Below, in pieces: positions 28,347 through 37,424 of a stretch of 64,000 nt of DNA (the first letter of the stretch is position 1; each line of letters opens with the position of its first letter). A model generated the notes under the pieces. It ran no database searches. It was not told the DNA's origin and saw nothing but the letters and a program-made list of their open reading frames with translations. Made by a program: the position numbers and the translations under genes. Source of the DNA: Ruminococcaceae bacterium UBA1417 (lineage in GTDB: Bacteria > Bacillota > Clostridia > Oscillospirales > Acutalibacteraceae); assembly GCA_002305575.1 (NCBI GenBank), contig DBPP01000024.1:3013-67012 (forward strand), written 5' to 3'.

Positions 28347-30617
28347 ATGATGATGTGTACCCGATGCAAGAAGAGGCCGGCCGTCGTTTTTGTGTCGCCT
28401 TCCACCGACATGCGCGCCACGCAGGGTTACTGCCTGGTTTGCGCCAAGGAGCTTGGCATCAAGCCGGTCAACGATATTATGGAGAAAATGGGTATCACGG
28501 AGGAGCAGCTCGAGGCGATGACCGAGAGCATGTCCAACCTGATGAACCCCGAGGAGGATGGCTTTGAGCCCGGCGGCGCCGTGCCGTTTCCATCCGAGCT
28601 GCTTGGCCAGTTCGGCATGAACGCCGACGGCGATACGGCCCAGGGACGCGCGCCGGACGGACAGGTCGAAGGCCGTGGTCCGAAGAAGGAAAACTTCCAC
28701 AAGTCCAAGCGCAAGCATATCGCGGCGTACTGCACGGACCTGACGATGAAGGCGCGCCGCGGCGAGCTCGACAACATCATCGGGCGCGAGCGGGAAATCG
28801 AGCGTGTGGTGCAGATTCTCTCGCGCCGCACGAAAAACAACCCGTGCCTGATCGGCGAGCCGGGCGTCGGCAAAACGGCGGTCGCCGAGGGCCTCGCGCT
28901 GCGCATCGCAGCCGGCGAAGTGCCGGCCAAGCTGCGCAAAAAGGAAGTGCAGCTCCTGGATCTGACGGCGCTCGTCGCGGGCACGCAGTTCCGCGGCCAG
29001 TTTGAGAGCCGCATCAAGGGCCTTGTCGACGAGGTGAAGCAGGACGGCAACATCATCCTGTTCATCGACGAGGTGCATAACCTTGTCGGCACCGGCGACG
29101 CGGAAGGCAGCATGAACGCCGCGAATATCCTCAAGCCGGCGCTTTCGCGCGGCGAGATTCAGGTGATTGGCGCGACGACATTTGCCGAGTACCGCAAGTA
29201 TATTGAAAAGGACGCGGCGCTTGAACGCCGTTTTCAGCCGGTCACGGTGACGGAGCCGTCTATCGAAGAGGCGGCTGCCATCATCCGCGGCATCAAGGGC
29301 TATTACGAGAAATACCACAGCGTCACGGTTTCCGATGCGATTGCAAAGCGCATCGTCGTGCTTTCGGAGCGATACATCAGCGACCGTTTCCTGCCGGATA
29401 AGGCGATCGACCTGCTCGACGAGGCCTGTGCCTGCGCCGCGCTGCGCAACAAAAAGTTGGCCGATTTTGAGGAAACGACGCTCGCGCTCGAAAAGGAGCA
29501 GAAGCAGCTTTCGGACATCGAGGGCGCGCAGAACGTTGACTACGAGAAACTGGCCGAAGCGAAGTACAAGGTGGCGGCTCTGGCTGAAAAACTCGACGGC
29601 TTTGCACCCGAGGAGGTCACGGCCGCGGTCAGCGAGGCCGACCTCGCCTATGTCATCGAGCTTTGGACCGGTATCCCGGCGTCTAAAATCGAGCAGAGCG
29701 AGCTGGGCAAGCTCGCCCACATCGAGGATAAGCTCAAGGAGAAGATCATCGGGCAGGACGAGGCCGTGCGGGCCGTTTCGGCGGCAATCCGCCGCAGCCG
29801 CGTGCAGATCAACCCGCGCCGCCGCCCGGCGTCGTTCATCTTTGTCGGCCCCACGGGCACGGGCAAGACCGAATTGGTTCGGGTGCTCTCAAAGGAGTTG
29901 TTCGATTCTCCGGAGACACTGATTCGCCTCGACATGTCCGAGTTTATGGAGAAGCACTCGGTCTCGAAGATCATCGGCTCGCCGCCGGGCTACGTCGGCT
30001 ACGACGAGGCTGGCCAGCTCACCGAAAAGGTGCGCCGCCGCCCGTATTCTGTGCTGCTGTTTGACGAGATCGAAAAGGCGCACCCGGATGTGATGAATAT
30101 CTTGCTGCAGATCCTCGATGAGGGCCGCATCACGGACGCGCACGGGCGCACGGTGAACTTTGAAAACACCGTGATCGTGATGACGTCGAACGCCGGCAGC
30201 AACAACCGCGAGGCGCTGGTCGGCTTCAACCGGACGACGGCGGATATCAGCCGCGAAAAGGCGATGCGCGCGCTTTCCGACTTCCTGCGCCCCGAATTCC
30301 TGAGCCGTGTGGACGAGGTCATCGTATTCCGCCCGCTCGATGAGGCGGATTACAGAAAGATCGCCGTCCTGATGCTGAAGGAATACGTTTCCACATTGGA
30401 GGAACGCGGCATTTCGTTGAAATGGACCGAGGAAGCGGTCAACTGGATCGCCCATAAGGCCATCGGCGGCAAGAGCGGCGCGCGCGACATCCGCAATACG
30501 ATTCGCCGCACGGTCGAGGATAAGATCACCGCACGGATCGTAGAGCAGGGCGAGGGCGCCATTTCCGGCATCGCCGTCGTCGAAAAGGACGGCGCGGTCG
30601 ACGTCGAAGTGCTCTGA
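28347..30617 (+). CDS. ATP-dependent Clp protease ATP-binding subunit, ClpC/ClpE family, with N-terminal CxxC..CxxC
   Basis: Two AAA+ modules GEPGVGKT/FIDEVH and GPTGTGKT/LFDEIEKAH; CTRC...CLVC at N-terminus. Confidence 0.93.
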   Translation: MMMCTRCKKRPAVVFVSPSTDMRATQGYCLVCAKELGIKPVNDIMEKMGITEEQLEAMTESMSNLMNPEEDGFEPGGAVPFPSELLGQFGMNADGDTAQGRAPDGQVEGRGPKKENFHKSKRKHIAAYCTDLTMKARRGELDNIIGREREIERVVQILSRRTKNNPCLIGEPGVGKTAVAEGLALRIAAGEVPAKLRKKEVQLLDLTALVAGTQFRGQFESRIKGLVDEVKQDGNIILFIDEVHNLVGTGDAEGSMNAANILKPALSRGEIQVIGATTFAEYRKYIEKDAALERRFQPVTVTEPSIEEAAAIIRGIKGYYEKYHSVTVSDAIAKRIVVLSERYISDRFLPDKAIDLLDEACACAALRNKKLADFEETTLALEKEQKQLSDIEGAQNVDYEKLAEAKYKVAALAEKLDGFAPEEVTAAVSEADLAYVIELWTGIPASKIEQSELGKLAHIEDKLKEKIIGQDEAVRAVSAAIRRSRVQINPRRRPASFIFVGPTGTGKTELVRVLSKELFDSPETLIRLDMSEFMEKHSVSKIIGSPPGYVGYDEAGQLTEKVRRRPYSVLLFDEIEKAHPDVMNILLQILDEGRITDAHGRTVNFENTVIVMTSNAGSNNREALVGFNRTTADISREKAMRALSDFLRPEFLSRVDEVIVFRPLDEADYRKIAVLMLKEYVSTLEERGISLKWTEEAVNWIAHKAIGGKSGARDIRNTIRRTVEDKITARIVEQGEGAISGIAVVEKDGAVDVEVL

Positions 30618-30643
30618 AACAGAATAGATGCAAGGTGCATAAC

Positions 30644-30683
30644 AAAACGCGCTGTGGCCAGCAAAAGCCGCAGCGCGTTTTTT
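30644..30683. terminator. Intrinsic terminator between convergent clp and C39 genes
   Basis: AAAACGCGCTGTGGC / GCCGCAGCGCGTTTT stem with flanking A/T runs. Confidence 0.8.
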
Positions 30684-30697
30684 CAAAGGGGCGCACT

Positions 30698-31513
30698 CTA
30701 CTGTATGGATTGAACGACAACAGCCTGTTCACTCAGGGCTGTGTAGGCGGTTTCCACGGCGTCTTTGTCGTACCAGACGTCCGCGCCTGCAAGCGGGTCG
30801 TTGAACCGATAGCCGTCTGCGTCGTACCCGGTCAGCACAAGACAGTGCAGCGGGCCGATCCACGTGATTTCCCGGCCGCTTTCCGGTACGGTCCAGGTGA
30901 GTCCGGCGTACGGTTCGTCCATGTCGATGGTCGCCCACAGCAGGACCGGTGTGTCGTTGTCTATGTATGTCTCGCACAGCGTGTCGAGCGAAAGGCCCGC
31001 CAGGTATTCGGCCTCGTAGCCGGAACCTTCGAGGTAGGCGTTGAGCGCGGTTTCCATCACCGGGGCATAGCAGCCCCAGCCGTCTTCCGAGCGCGGATCG
31101 CCGGGGAACGCTTCCCATGGGTCGCAGCCTGTCCACTGGCCGAAAGAATCCTCTTGCGGTGCGTCGCCGAGCGGCAGAAAGCCGTCAATGAAGGCGCCGG
31201 GTGTGACCGCGAATCCGTAATACTGGAGCACCATGGTGGCGCTGACGCTTTCGCATCCGGTCGGGAATTCGCCGATCTGTGAAATGTAGGGGACGTCGTC
31301 GATTGTCCGGCTGGATTTCGGCGTGGGCCAGGCGATCTCTTCGGGGAGAATTTGGGTTTCTGAAAGCAGCATCAGTGCAAACAGGCCGACGGTCATCAGC
31401 AAAACGGCGAAGCAGGCCAGCAGGATCCGCTGGCGTTGGCGGCGCTGGCGGCGTGTTAAAGCGCGGATGTGCCGCGCGGGAAGATTCAAATTTTCGAGGG
31501 GCTGAGCAATCAT
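30698..31513 (-). CDS. Membrane-anchored C39-like cysteine peptidase (YvpB type)
   Basis: Arg-rich N-tail plus TM; DVPYISQIGEFPTGCES (Gln, Cys), LHCLVLTGYD (His), FNDP; ATG 31513 with GGAGG SD. Confidence 0.88.
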   Translation of the reverse strand: MIAQPLENLNLPARHIRALTRRQRRQRQRILLACFAVLLMTVGLFALMLLSETQILPEEIAWPTPKSSRTIDDVPYISQIGEFPTGCESVSATMVLQYYGFAVTPGAFIDGFLPLGDAPQEDSFGQWTGCDPWEAFPGDPRSEDGWGCYAPVMETALNAYLEGSGYEAEYLAGLSLDTLCETYIDNDTPVLLWATIDMDEPYAGLTWTVPESGREITWIGPLHCLVLTGYDADGYRFNDPLAGADVWYDKDAVETAYTALSEQAVVVQSIQ

Positions 31514-31541
31514 GGGCAGGCCCTCCTTTCTGTAAGATGGT

Positions 31542-32234
31542 TCAGGACGCATAGCGCGTATAGAAGGTCACCTCCGCATCGGCTTTCTTCAGGTCCTCGT
31601 AGGTGAGCGTGCGATCCCAGGCGATGCGGCAGGTTTCGTAATCGGCGTTCACATCTGTGACGGCGACGGCCTTGTTTTCGGCATCCACCGCTGTCACGAG
31701 CATGGTGTGCATGGCGTTGGGCAGCTGGATGACGTCGCCGACGCGTATCCTGGAAAAATCGCTGTAGGCGGTAACGGGTGCGTCCACGCCGAACAGCAGA
31801 TCGCTCAGGAGCGAAGCGTAGCCAAAGCATTGTGTGCCGATAAAATCGGGAAATTTGGAGAGCAGTGCGCCCTTATAGATGTTGCAGGTGTCTTCCCCGG
31901 CGGCGCTGTGGGCGCACGGCGTATCCGTGACGCAGAGTACCGGGTCCAGCCGGTCTGTATCGGCGGCGTGGTTCCAGTAGCGGCCGTCCTCAAAGACGGT
32001 GCGGAGCACCGCGAGCTTTTCCGTGACGTCGGCCGCGTCCACATCCTCGCGGGAGGCGGTGTCGGGTTCGGCGACCTTTGGGGTGGATATGCGGCCGATG
32101 CCGAAGCCCGCAAGCAGGCCGATGCAGAGCAGGGCGGCCGCGAGCAGGGCGCGTCGGCCGTTTCGTATAGCCCGCGCCCGGCGCAATTTCTGACGCAGCG
32201 CGCTTTTGCGTCCGCGTTCCGTGTGGCTTGGCAT
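31542..32234 (-). CDS. Membrane-anchored CHAP/papain-like cysteine hydrolase (putative)
   Basis: Arg-rich N-tail plus TM; TQCFGYA (Cys), RVGDVIQ...MHTMLVTAVD (His), VTDVN, matching CHAP motif order. Confidence 0.6.
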   Translation of the reverse strand: MPSHTERGRKSALRQKLRRARAIRNGRRALLAAALLCIGLLAGFGIGRISTPKVAEPDTASREDVDAADVTEKLAVLRTVFEDGRYWNHAADTDRLDPVLCVTDTPCAHSAAGEDTCNIYKGALLSKFPDFIGTQCFGYASLLSDLLFGVDAPVTAYSDFSRIRVGDVIQLPNAMHTMLVTAVDAENKAVAVTDVNADYETCRIAWDRTLTYEDLKKADAEVTFYTRYAS

Positions 32235-32260
32235 ATCAACGCCTCCTCGCTGGTTTCAAA

Positions 32261-32980
32261 TCAGGGTAAAAACATCTTCAAAAGGTATAAAACGATAAAA
32301 TGCAGCGGATAAAACAGATAATACCCCCACTGCAGCGCCTTGCTTTTCCGGCCCAGATTTCCCCCGTATAGCTGGAGAATCGGCAGGGCAAGCAGGACAA
32401 ACGGCCGAATCCAAAGCGGCGTGAGCGACCCGTGCAGGAAATACTGGAAGCCATACAGCAGCGATACGGCGGAAAAAGCCAGCCACTTTTCCACCGGGTG
32501 GCTGCGGAAAAGACCGAAGGCGAGAATCCACAGCACGGCTATGTAGTTCCAATTGGCGGAATAGGCCAGCAGTGAACAGCACAGGGTGACCAGAACACGC
32601 AGCGCGGCGTTTTGAAGCTGTCTCCACAGGGTCAGCGCCAGCAGTCCGAGGAACAAGCTCCACATGATGCTGGTGGCGGTCCAAACACGCAGCGGACAGA
32701 AGTTGAAGCAAAGGGTGTACGGGATATGGGAAAGCAGCGCCGCAAGCAGCAGGCGGCCGAGATAGCGCCGCAGGTTTGTGGTGTGCCAATAACCTTCAGC
32801 GATGAAAAAGCACATCACCGGAGCAGCAAGCTGTCCGAACGCGTGGATCCATAAGCTTATAGGGGTATTCAGAGGAAGAAACACCGTAGCGCAATGGTCG
32901 AAAACCATGACCACAACGGCGAAAAACTTGAGCGCGTTGGCGCTGAGCGTCAGACGCGGCAAAAGGGAAACGCTGTGCAT
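32261..32980 (-). CDS. TraX-family membrane acyltransferase-like protein
   Basis: LKFFAVVVMVFDH, FFIAEGYWHTTNLRRYLGRL, YYLFYPLH; multi-TM. Confidence 0.85.
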   Translation of the reverse strand: MHSVSLLPRLTLSANALKFFAVVVMVFDHCATVFLPLNTPISLWIHAFGQLAAPVMCFFIAEGYWHTTNLRRYLGRLLLAALLSHIPYTLCFNFCPLRVWTATSIMWSLFLGLLALTLWRQLQNAALRVLVTLCCSLLAYSANWNYIAVLWILAFGLFRSHPVEKWLAFSAVSLLYGFQYFLHGSLTPLWIRPFVLLALPILQLYGGNLGRKSKALQWGYYLFYPLHFIVLYLLKMFLP

Positions 32981-33049
32981 AAGCGGGAAAAAGCCTCCAA
33001 TCCGATAGGCCAGTGAATGATTCTGCCTATACTATACGGCACGGGCTGC

Positions 33050-33098
33050 AAAAAAGTCCCCCGAAACTTGCAAAAGAAATGCAAAAGTTTCGGGGGAC
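33050..33098 (-). terminator. Intrinsic terminator of the two-component operon
   Basis: GTCCCCCGAAACTT / AAGTTTCGGGGGAC stem; A-run at 33050-33055 gives a U-tail on the minus strand. Confidence 0.8.
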
Positions 33099-33132
33099 CT
33101 GGAAAACCGGCGCTTTTTCTGCCGTTTTGCGT

Positions 33133-34053
33133 TCAGCGCTGTTCGGTTGTCTGCTCCGAGTAGCCGAGCGTGGCGGCGTCAAAGCCGAAGCCGGTCACAC
33201 GATTGTGGGCGCCGTCGAAATAGATCGTGCAGGCGCGGTTGAAGTTGTTCGTCAGGACGATCACCGTCTCGTCTTCATAGGTCAGGGTATAGGTATCCAG
33301 CATGGCATAGAGCGTGTTCTGCCAGGTATAGGCTTCCTCAACAAAGCGGTAATAAAAGAGGGAGTCGGCGTTCAACGCGGAAATCTGTCGCAGCGGCATG
33401 CTGAAGAAATCGACAAAAATGCGCGCGCGGTCTTCTGCATCCATCTCCGCGGCCTGCGCATCCATTTCGAGCAGCAGCTGCTGTTCGATGGCATCCGAAG
33501 TTTGGGACAGTTCGATCCAGAGCGCCGCAGCGTTGCTGAAATCTGAGAGGAGCGTATCGGGGGAATCGACCGGCGCGGTGTCGTAGGTCGTGTTGCGGAC
33601 GTGGAGGTAGAGCGGAGCGAAGGTGTTCATCAGGAGCACCACATCGAGCGTGTAGCGATCCCCGCAGTCCAACTCGTAATCCCGCAGATACAACAGCTGG
33701 TCGTTATACACATACAGTTTGGCGCAATAGTCTTCGTAACGGTCTTGCGCCAGGCCCAGCTGCTCGACCAGCATGGCGATATAGGTGTTGAGATCCGCCG
33801 AATCGAGATCGACATCGTTGGTATAGGAGGAGAGCGGCACGCCTTCGCCGGAAATTACGTCCCAGGGCGGCAGGGCGATGTCGGTATCTGTTTCCAGATA
33901 CAGCGGACTTTCCTTGCCGGCAATCGCGACCGTTTCCACCTGTCCCTTCTGATCCGGCACAAGCCGGTTGAACAGTGCGGGCGCGCCAAACCCAAGGGCG
34001 AGGATGAGGGCGCAGAGCAACAGTGGAAAGACGGCGGTATGCAAGATTTTCAT
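33133..34053 (-). CDS. Hypothetical N-terminally anchored protein, paralog B (306 aa)
   Basis: ATG 34053 with AAAGGAG SD; hydrophobic N-terminus; full-length similarity to 34073-35002. Confidence 0.85.
   Translation of the reverse strand: MKILHTAVFPLLLCALILALGFGAPALFNRLVPDQKGQVETVAIAGKESPLYLETDTDIALPPWDVISGEGVPLSSYTNDVDLDSADLNTYIAMLVEQLGLAQDRYEDYCAKLYVYNDQLLYLRDYELDCGDRYTLDVVLLMNTFAPLYLHVRNTTYDTAPVDSPDTLLSDFSNAAALWIELSQTSDAIEQQLLLEMDAQAAEMDAEDRARIFVDFFSMPLRQISALNADSLFYYRFVEEAYTWQNTLYAMLDTYTLTYEDETVIVLTNNFNRACTIYFDGAHNRVTGFGFDAATLGYSEQTTEQR
33850..33924. repeat. 75-nt direct repeat, copy 1 (copy 2 at 34799-34873)
   Basis: 71/75 identical by manual alignment; encodes IAGKESPLYLETDTDxALPPWDxIS. 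Confidence 0.93.
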
Positions 34054-34072
34054 AAAAGCTCCTTTCGCGCGG

Positions 34073-35002
34073 TTACGGGTGATATTCAAGGCCAAACCCC
34101 GTGACTGTGTTTTGTACGCTGTCCAAATACAGGATGTAGGGGTTGTTCTGCGCGTCCGTCAAAACGATGACGATTTCATCCTCATAAGGGATCGCATAGC
34201 TGACCTGCAGAAAAAACGACTCGGTGACGATCGCGGTGATGGTTTGCTGCGCCTCGTCATAGTTCTCGAAAAACGCTTCGTACCCGCGCAGAAAGTCGCA
34301 AAACGACCGGAGCATCGACAACGAAAACGAACTGTCGGTTGACCATATGGCGCCTGTGGCAGCTTGTTCTTCCATTATTGCCAACATCTGGTCGGCGTCC
34401 GCAGCACCATTCATCATCCAAGTCTCCGCAGAGTTCTGCCACAGGATAAGCGCATCCTCCACTTGTGCAAGAACGGTGTCGGCGTCCGCCGCTGGCCGCG
34501 TCGCTTCGGCACGTGGCCGCACGTGCACGCACAGCGGATGGCCGAAGTAGAGGTCGATCACGAGGTCGAGCGTATAGCGGGTGCCCCAGATGTCAGCAAA
34601 CGCGTAATCGTGTAAAAAGGCCAGCCGATCGTTGCTGACGCGCATATCCGCGGCGAAGTCCAATGATTCCGGCAGTTCGGGTACAAATTGGGAAACCAGC
34701 ATGTGCGTAAAATCATTGATCAGATCTGTGCTGCCGGCTTCAGACTCCGCATCGGCGAAGCGGGACAGGTAGTCCTCCAGCGTACGGCTGTCCGCTTCGG
34801 AAATTTCGTCCCAGGGCGGCAGGGCGACGTCGGTATCTGTTTCCAAATACAGCGGACTTTCCTTGCCGGCGATTGAAACGATTTCCACCGTTTCTTTTTG
34901 ATCGGGCACAAGGACATTGAAAAGCATCGGCGTGCAGAACCCGACGGCGAGAATGGCCCCACAAAGTATAAGCGGAAGAAAAATCGTGCGCAGTATTTTC
35001 AT
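34073..35002 (-). CDS. Hypothetical N-terminally anchored protein, paralog A (309 aa)
   Basis: ATG 35002 overlaps the kinase TGA (ATGA), GGAGGG SD; hydrophobic N-terminus. Confidence 0.85.
   Translation of the reverse strand: MKILRTIFLPLILCGAILAVGFCTPMLFNVLVPDQKETVEIVSIAGKESPLYLETDTDVALPPWDEISEADSRTLEDYLSRFADAESEAGSTDLINDFTHMLVSQFVPELPESLDFAADMRVSNDRLAFLHDYAFADIWGTRYTLDLVIDLYFGHPLCVHVRPRAEATRPAADADTVLAQVEDALILWQNSAETWMMNGAADADQMLAIMEEQAATGAIWSTDSSFSLSMLRSFCDFLRGYEAFFENYDEAQQTITAIVTESFFLQVSYAIPYEDEIVIVLTDAQNNPYILYLDSVQNTVTGFGLEYHP
34799..34873. repeat. 75-nt direct repeat, copy 2
   Basis: See 33850-33924. Confidence 0.93.
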
Positions 35003-36534
35003 GGCTTGTGTCTCCCTCCGTGGCGCCGGTCCGGTCTGCGGCGCGTGGCGTCCGGCTGGGGCGGCTTTTTCTCCGCGTCCTTGGCCGGCGACGCGGCATC
35101 GGTCGGAGCGACGCCCATGTGGATCAGGATCGTCGTGCCCTTCCTGTAGGTGGAACGGATTTCGAGCCGTGCACCGTGGCGGCGGCAAATGTCGTCGCAC
35201 AGGGCAAGGCCGAGGCCCGCACCGCCCGCTTTGCGGCTGCGCGCCTTATCCTCCATGTAGAATGCCTCGGTCGCGCGGCGCACCGTGTCGGGCTTCATAC
35301 CGATGCCCTGGTCGATGACGGAGAGCACGACGTGTCCATCCAACACGGACTGTGCGAGCCAAACCGTCGAGCCAGCCGGCGAGGCCTTCGCGGCGTTGTC
35401 GATGAGGTTATAGAGCAGCGAAAGGAACAGCTCGCGGTCGACGCGCAACGCCGCGTTTTTGTGCAGCGTTTTGAGCCGGATGCCGCGGCGCGCGAGGATC
35501 GGCGCCATCGTGTGGGCGATGTCGGCGAAAAGCTGCGCCACCTCGATGTCGGTGAGGTCGAGCTGGGTGCTGTCTGTGGAAGCGAGTTGCAAAAGCTTTG
35601 CGGAAAGGCTGCGCAGGCGCTTGGCTTCCTCGACGATCGTCGTCGCATAATCGCGGCGCTGTGCGTCGGAAACGGTGCTCTTGATGCGCAGGATGTCCGC
35701 AAAGCCGAGGATGCTGGTCAGCGGCGTTTTCATTTCGTGGGCCATGGCGTCCGCAAAGCGCTTGCGGCTGTCGGCGATTTCGCGCAGCTTCTGCTCGCGC
35801 TCGTCGATGGAAGTGGACATGTCGTTGATGCTGCGCGCCAGCGTTTTGAGCTCGCTGCTGCCGTGTTCCGGCACGCGCAGGCTGTAATTGCCTTTGGCGA
35901 CAGCCTCGATCGTCTGCACCGAAACCTTGAGCGGATGCAGGAAGATGAGCACCATCACCAGCATGGCAGCCGAAATCGCGGCGCCGCAGATGAGGCCGAT
36001 CATGCAGGCGGCGTCGAGATCCTGTTCGCGCGTCGCGTACACATCTGAAATGTCATACGCCGTGTAAAGCGCGTAGGGCATCGTTTCGAGCTGCACCGTG
36101 GAGGTGATGATCAAATAGGTCGCGCCGCCGACGTCGCGGATCACGGATTTGCCCTCGTCGATGGCGCCGCTCGGGACCAGATCGGAAAGCAGGCCGAGAT
36201 CTTCCTGGAAAAGCGTGGTTCCGGCGCATACGACCAGGGTTTCGTTGAGAAACACAGCGATGGACGATGCGGTCGAGATGTCCGCTGTGACGGTGCTGGT
36301 GAGCAGATCCGCGATCTCATCGGTGCTTAAAAGCAGCTTTCCGGCCTTGAGCCGCTCGTAGGCGGCGTGGTTGGAAAGCGAGGCGCTGAGCGCCTCGTGG
36401 GCGGAAACGGCGGTCTGGCGCTCACGCAGCAACGCGTTTTCAAAGCTGCGTTCCAAAACGAGGAATTGGGTTATCTGAATGGCGAGCATGACGAACAGGA
36501 GCGCAGTCAGCGAGACCTTTTGCCATAGCTTCAT
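34999..36534 (-). CDS. HAMP-domain sensor histidine kinase
   Basis: Two TM segments, HAMP, H-box AHEMKTPLT, N-box NLIDNA, DQGIG, GGAGLGL. Confidence 0.96.
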   Translation of the reverse strand: MKLWQKVSLTALLFVMLAIQITQFLVLERSFENALLRERQTAVSAHEALSASLSNHAAYERLKAGKLLLSTDEIADLLTSTVTADISTASSIAVFLNETLVVCAGTTLFQEDLGLLSDLVPSGAIDEGKSVIRDVGGATYLIITSTVQLETMPYALYTAYDISDVYATREQDLDAACMIGLICGAAISAAMLVMVLIFLHPLKVSVQTIEAVAKGNYSLRVPEHGSSELKTLARSINDMSTSIDEREQKLREIADSRKRFADAMAHEMKTPLTSILGFADILRIKSTVSDAQRRDYATTIVEEAKRLRSLSAKLLQLASTDSTQLDLTDIEVAQLFADIAHTMAPILARRGIRLKTLHKNAALRVDRELFLSLLYNLIDNAAKASPAGSTVWLAQSVLDGHVVLSVIDQGIGMKPDTVRRATEAFYMEDKARSRKAGGAGLGLALCDDICRRHGARLEIRSTYRKGTTILIHMGVAPTDAASPAKDAEKKPPQPDATRRRPDRRHGGRHKP

Positions 36535-36558
36535 AGGCGATTTCCTTTCTGCGTCCGG

Positions 36559-37224
36559 TTAGCTGCGGCGTTCCAGACGGTAGCCGAGCTTCGGGATGGT
36601 GATCAGCTTGCCCTGCAGCGCAAGCTTGCGGCGCACCTGCTGCACATGAATGTCTACCGTGCGCGATTCGCCGGTGTAGTTGTATTCCCAGACGTTTGTG
36701 AGCAGCTGCTCGCGCGTGATGGCGACGTCCAGATTGCGCATGAAGAAGACGAGCACGTCGAACTCCTTGGGCGTCAGCACCACCGGCTGGCCGGCTTTTG
36801 TGACGGTGTGGCGCTCGATGTCCACCACAATGTCGTCGTAGGTCAGGCGCATTTCGCTCTTGCCGGCGCGGCGCAGCACGACCTCAATGCGCGCGAGCAG
36901 CTCTACGGCCTCAAACGGCTTGACGATATAATCCTCCGCGCCGCCGCGCAGCCCCTTGACCTTGTCGGCCACAGCGCCGAGTGCCGTGAGAAAAATGACG
37001 GGCGTTTCGCAGCCTTTGGCACGGATTGCGTCGAGCACGGCGAAACCGTCGGTGCCGGGCAGCATGACGTCGAGCAGAATCAGGTCGAAACTGCCGGTTG
37101 TGATGCGTTCGACAGCCTTTGTGCCGTCGTCGCATTGTGCGCATCGGTAACCGCCGATGGACAGCGTGGCAGCGATCATCTTGGAAATGTTCGCGTCATC
37201 CTCGACAATCAAAATTTCAATCAT
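36559..37224 (-). CDS. OmpR/PhoB-family response regulator
   Basis: ILIVEDD, LILLDVMLP, GAEDYIVKPF, winged helix RTVDIHVQQVRRKL; ATG 37224. Confidence 0.96.
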   Translation of the reverse strand: MIEILIVEDDANISKMIAATLSIGGYRCAQCDDGTKAVERITTGSFDLILLDVMLPGTDGFAVLDAIRAKGCETPVIFLTALGAVADKVKGLRGGAEDYIVKPFEAVELLARIEVVLRRAGKSEMRLTYDDIVVDIERHTVTKAGQPVVLTPKEFDVLVFFMRNLDVAITREQLLTNVWEYNYTGESRTVDIHVQQVRRKLALQGKLITIPKLGYRLERRS

Positions 37225-37291
37225 GGTATGTTTCTCCTCTTTTCGTGAAATGACCCGCCGGAAGCCGTGTGCTTCATCGGGGACCGCCTTT

Positions 37292-37320
37292 ATTCTAACA
37301 TAGAAAAAAGCGGGCTTCAA
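37292..37320 (-). promoter_or_regulatory. Sigma-A promoter of the two-component operon
   Basis: Minus strand TTGAAG, 17 nt, extended TGtTAGAAT. Confidence 0.65.
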
Positions 37321-37335
37321 CTCAGTGAAGCCCGC
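37304..37335 (-). terminator. Terminator of GH13 gene, overlapping the -35 of the regulator promoter
   Basis: 10-bp stem GCGGGCTTCA / TGAAGCCCGC; A-run 37304-37309 gives a U-tail on the minus strand. Confidence 0.75.
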
Positions 37336-37424
37336 CGGAAGAGCAGCAAAAGCAGTTTTTGCAAAAATTTTGCATTTTATACATGACGGTCCTAAGACTT
37401 TTTGTGACGGTAGCCGCCGGCCTG

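Noticed and set aside
27825-29720. Long antisense ORFs (also 48277-50229, 52139-53236, 53280-55298, 59482-61443, 62658-63938)
   Set aside because: Each mirrors a well-supported gene on the opposite strand and has no recognisable domain.
32261-32980. Conjugative element implied by TraX
   Set aside because: No relaxase, T4SS, integrase or att sites nearby; composition matches the flanks.
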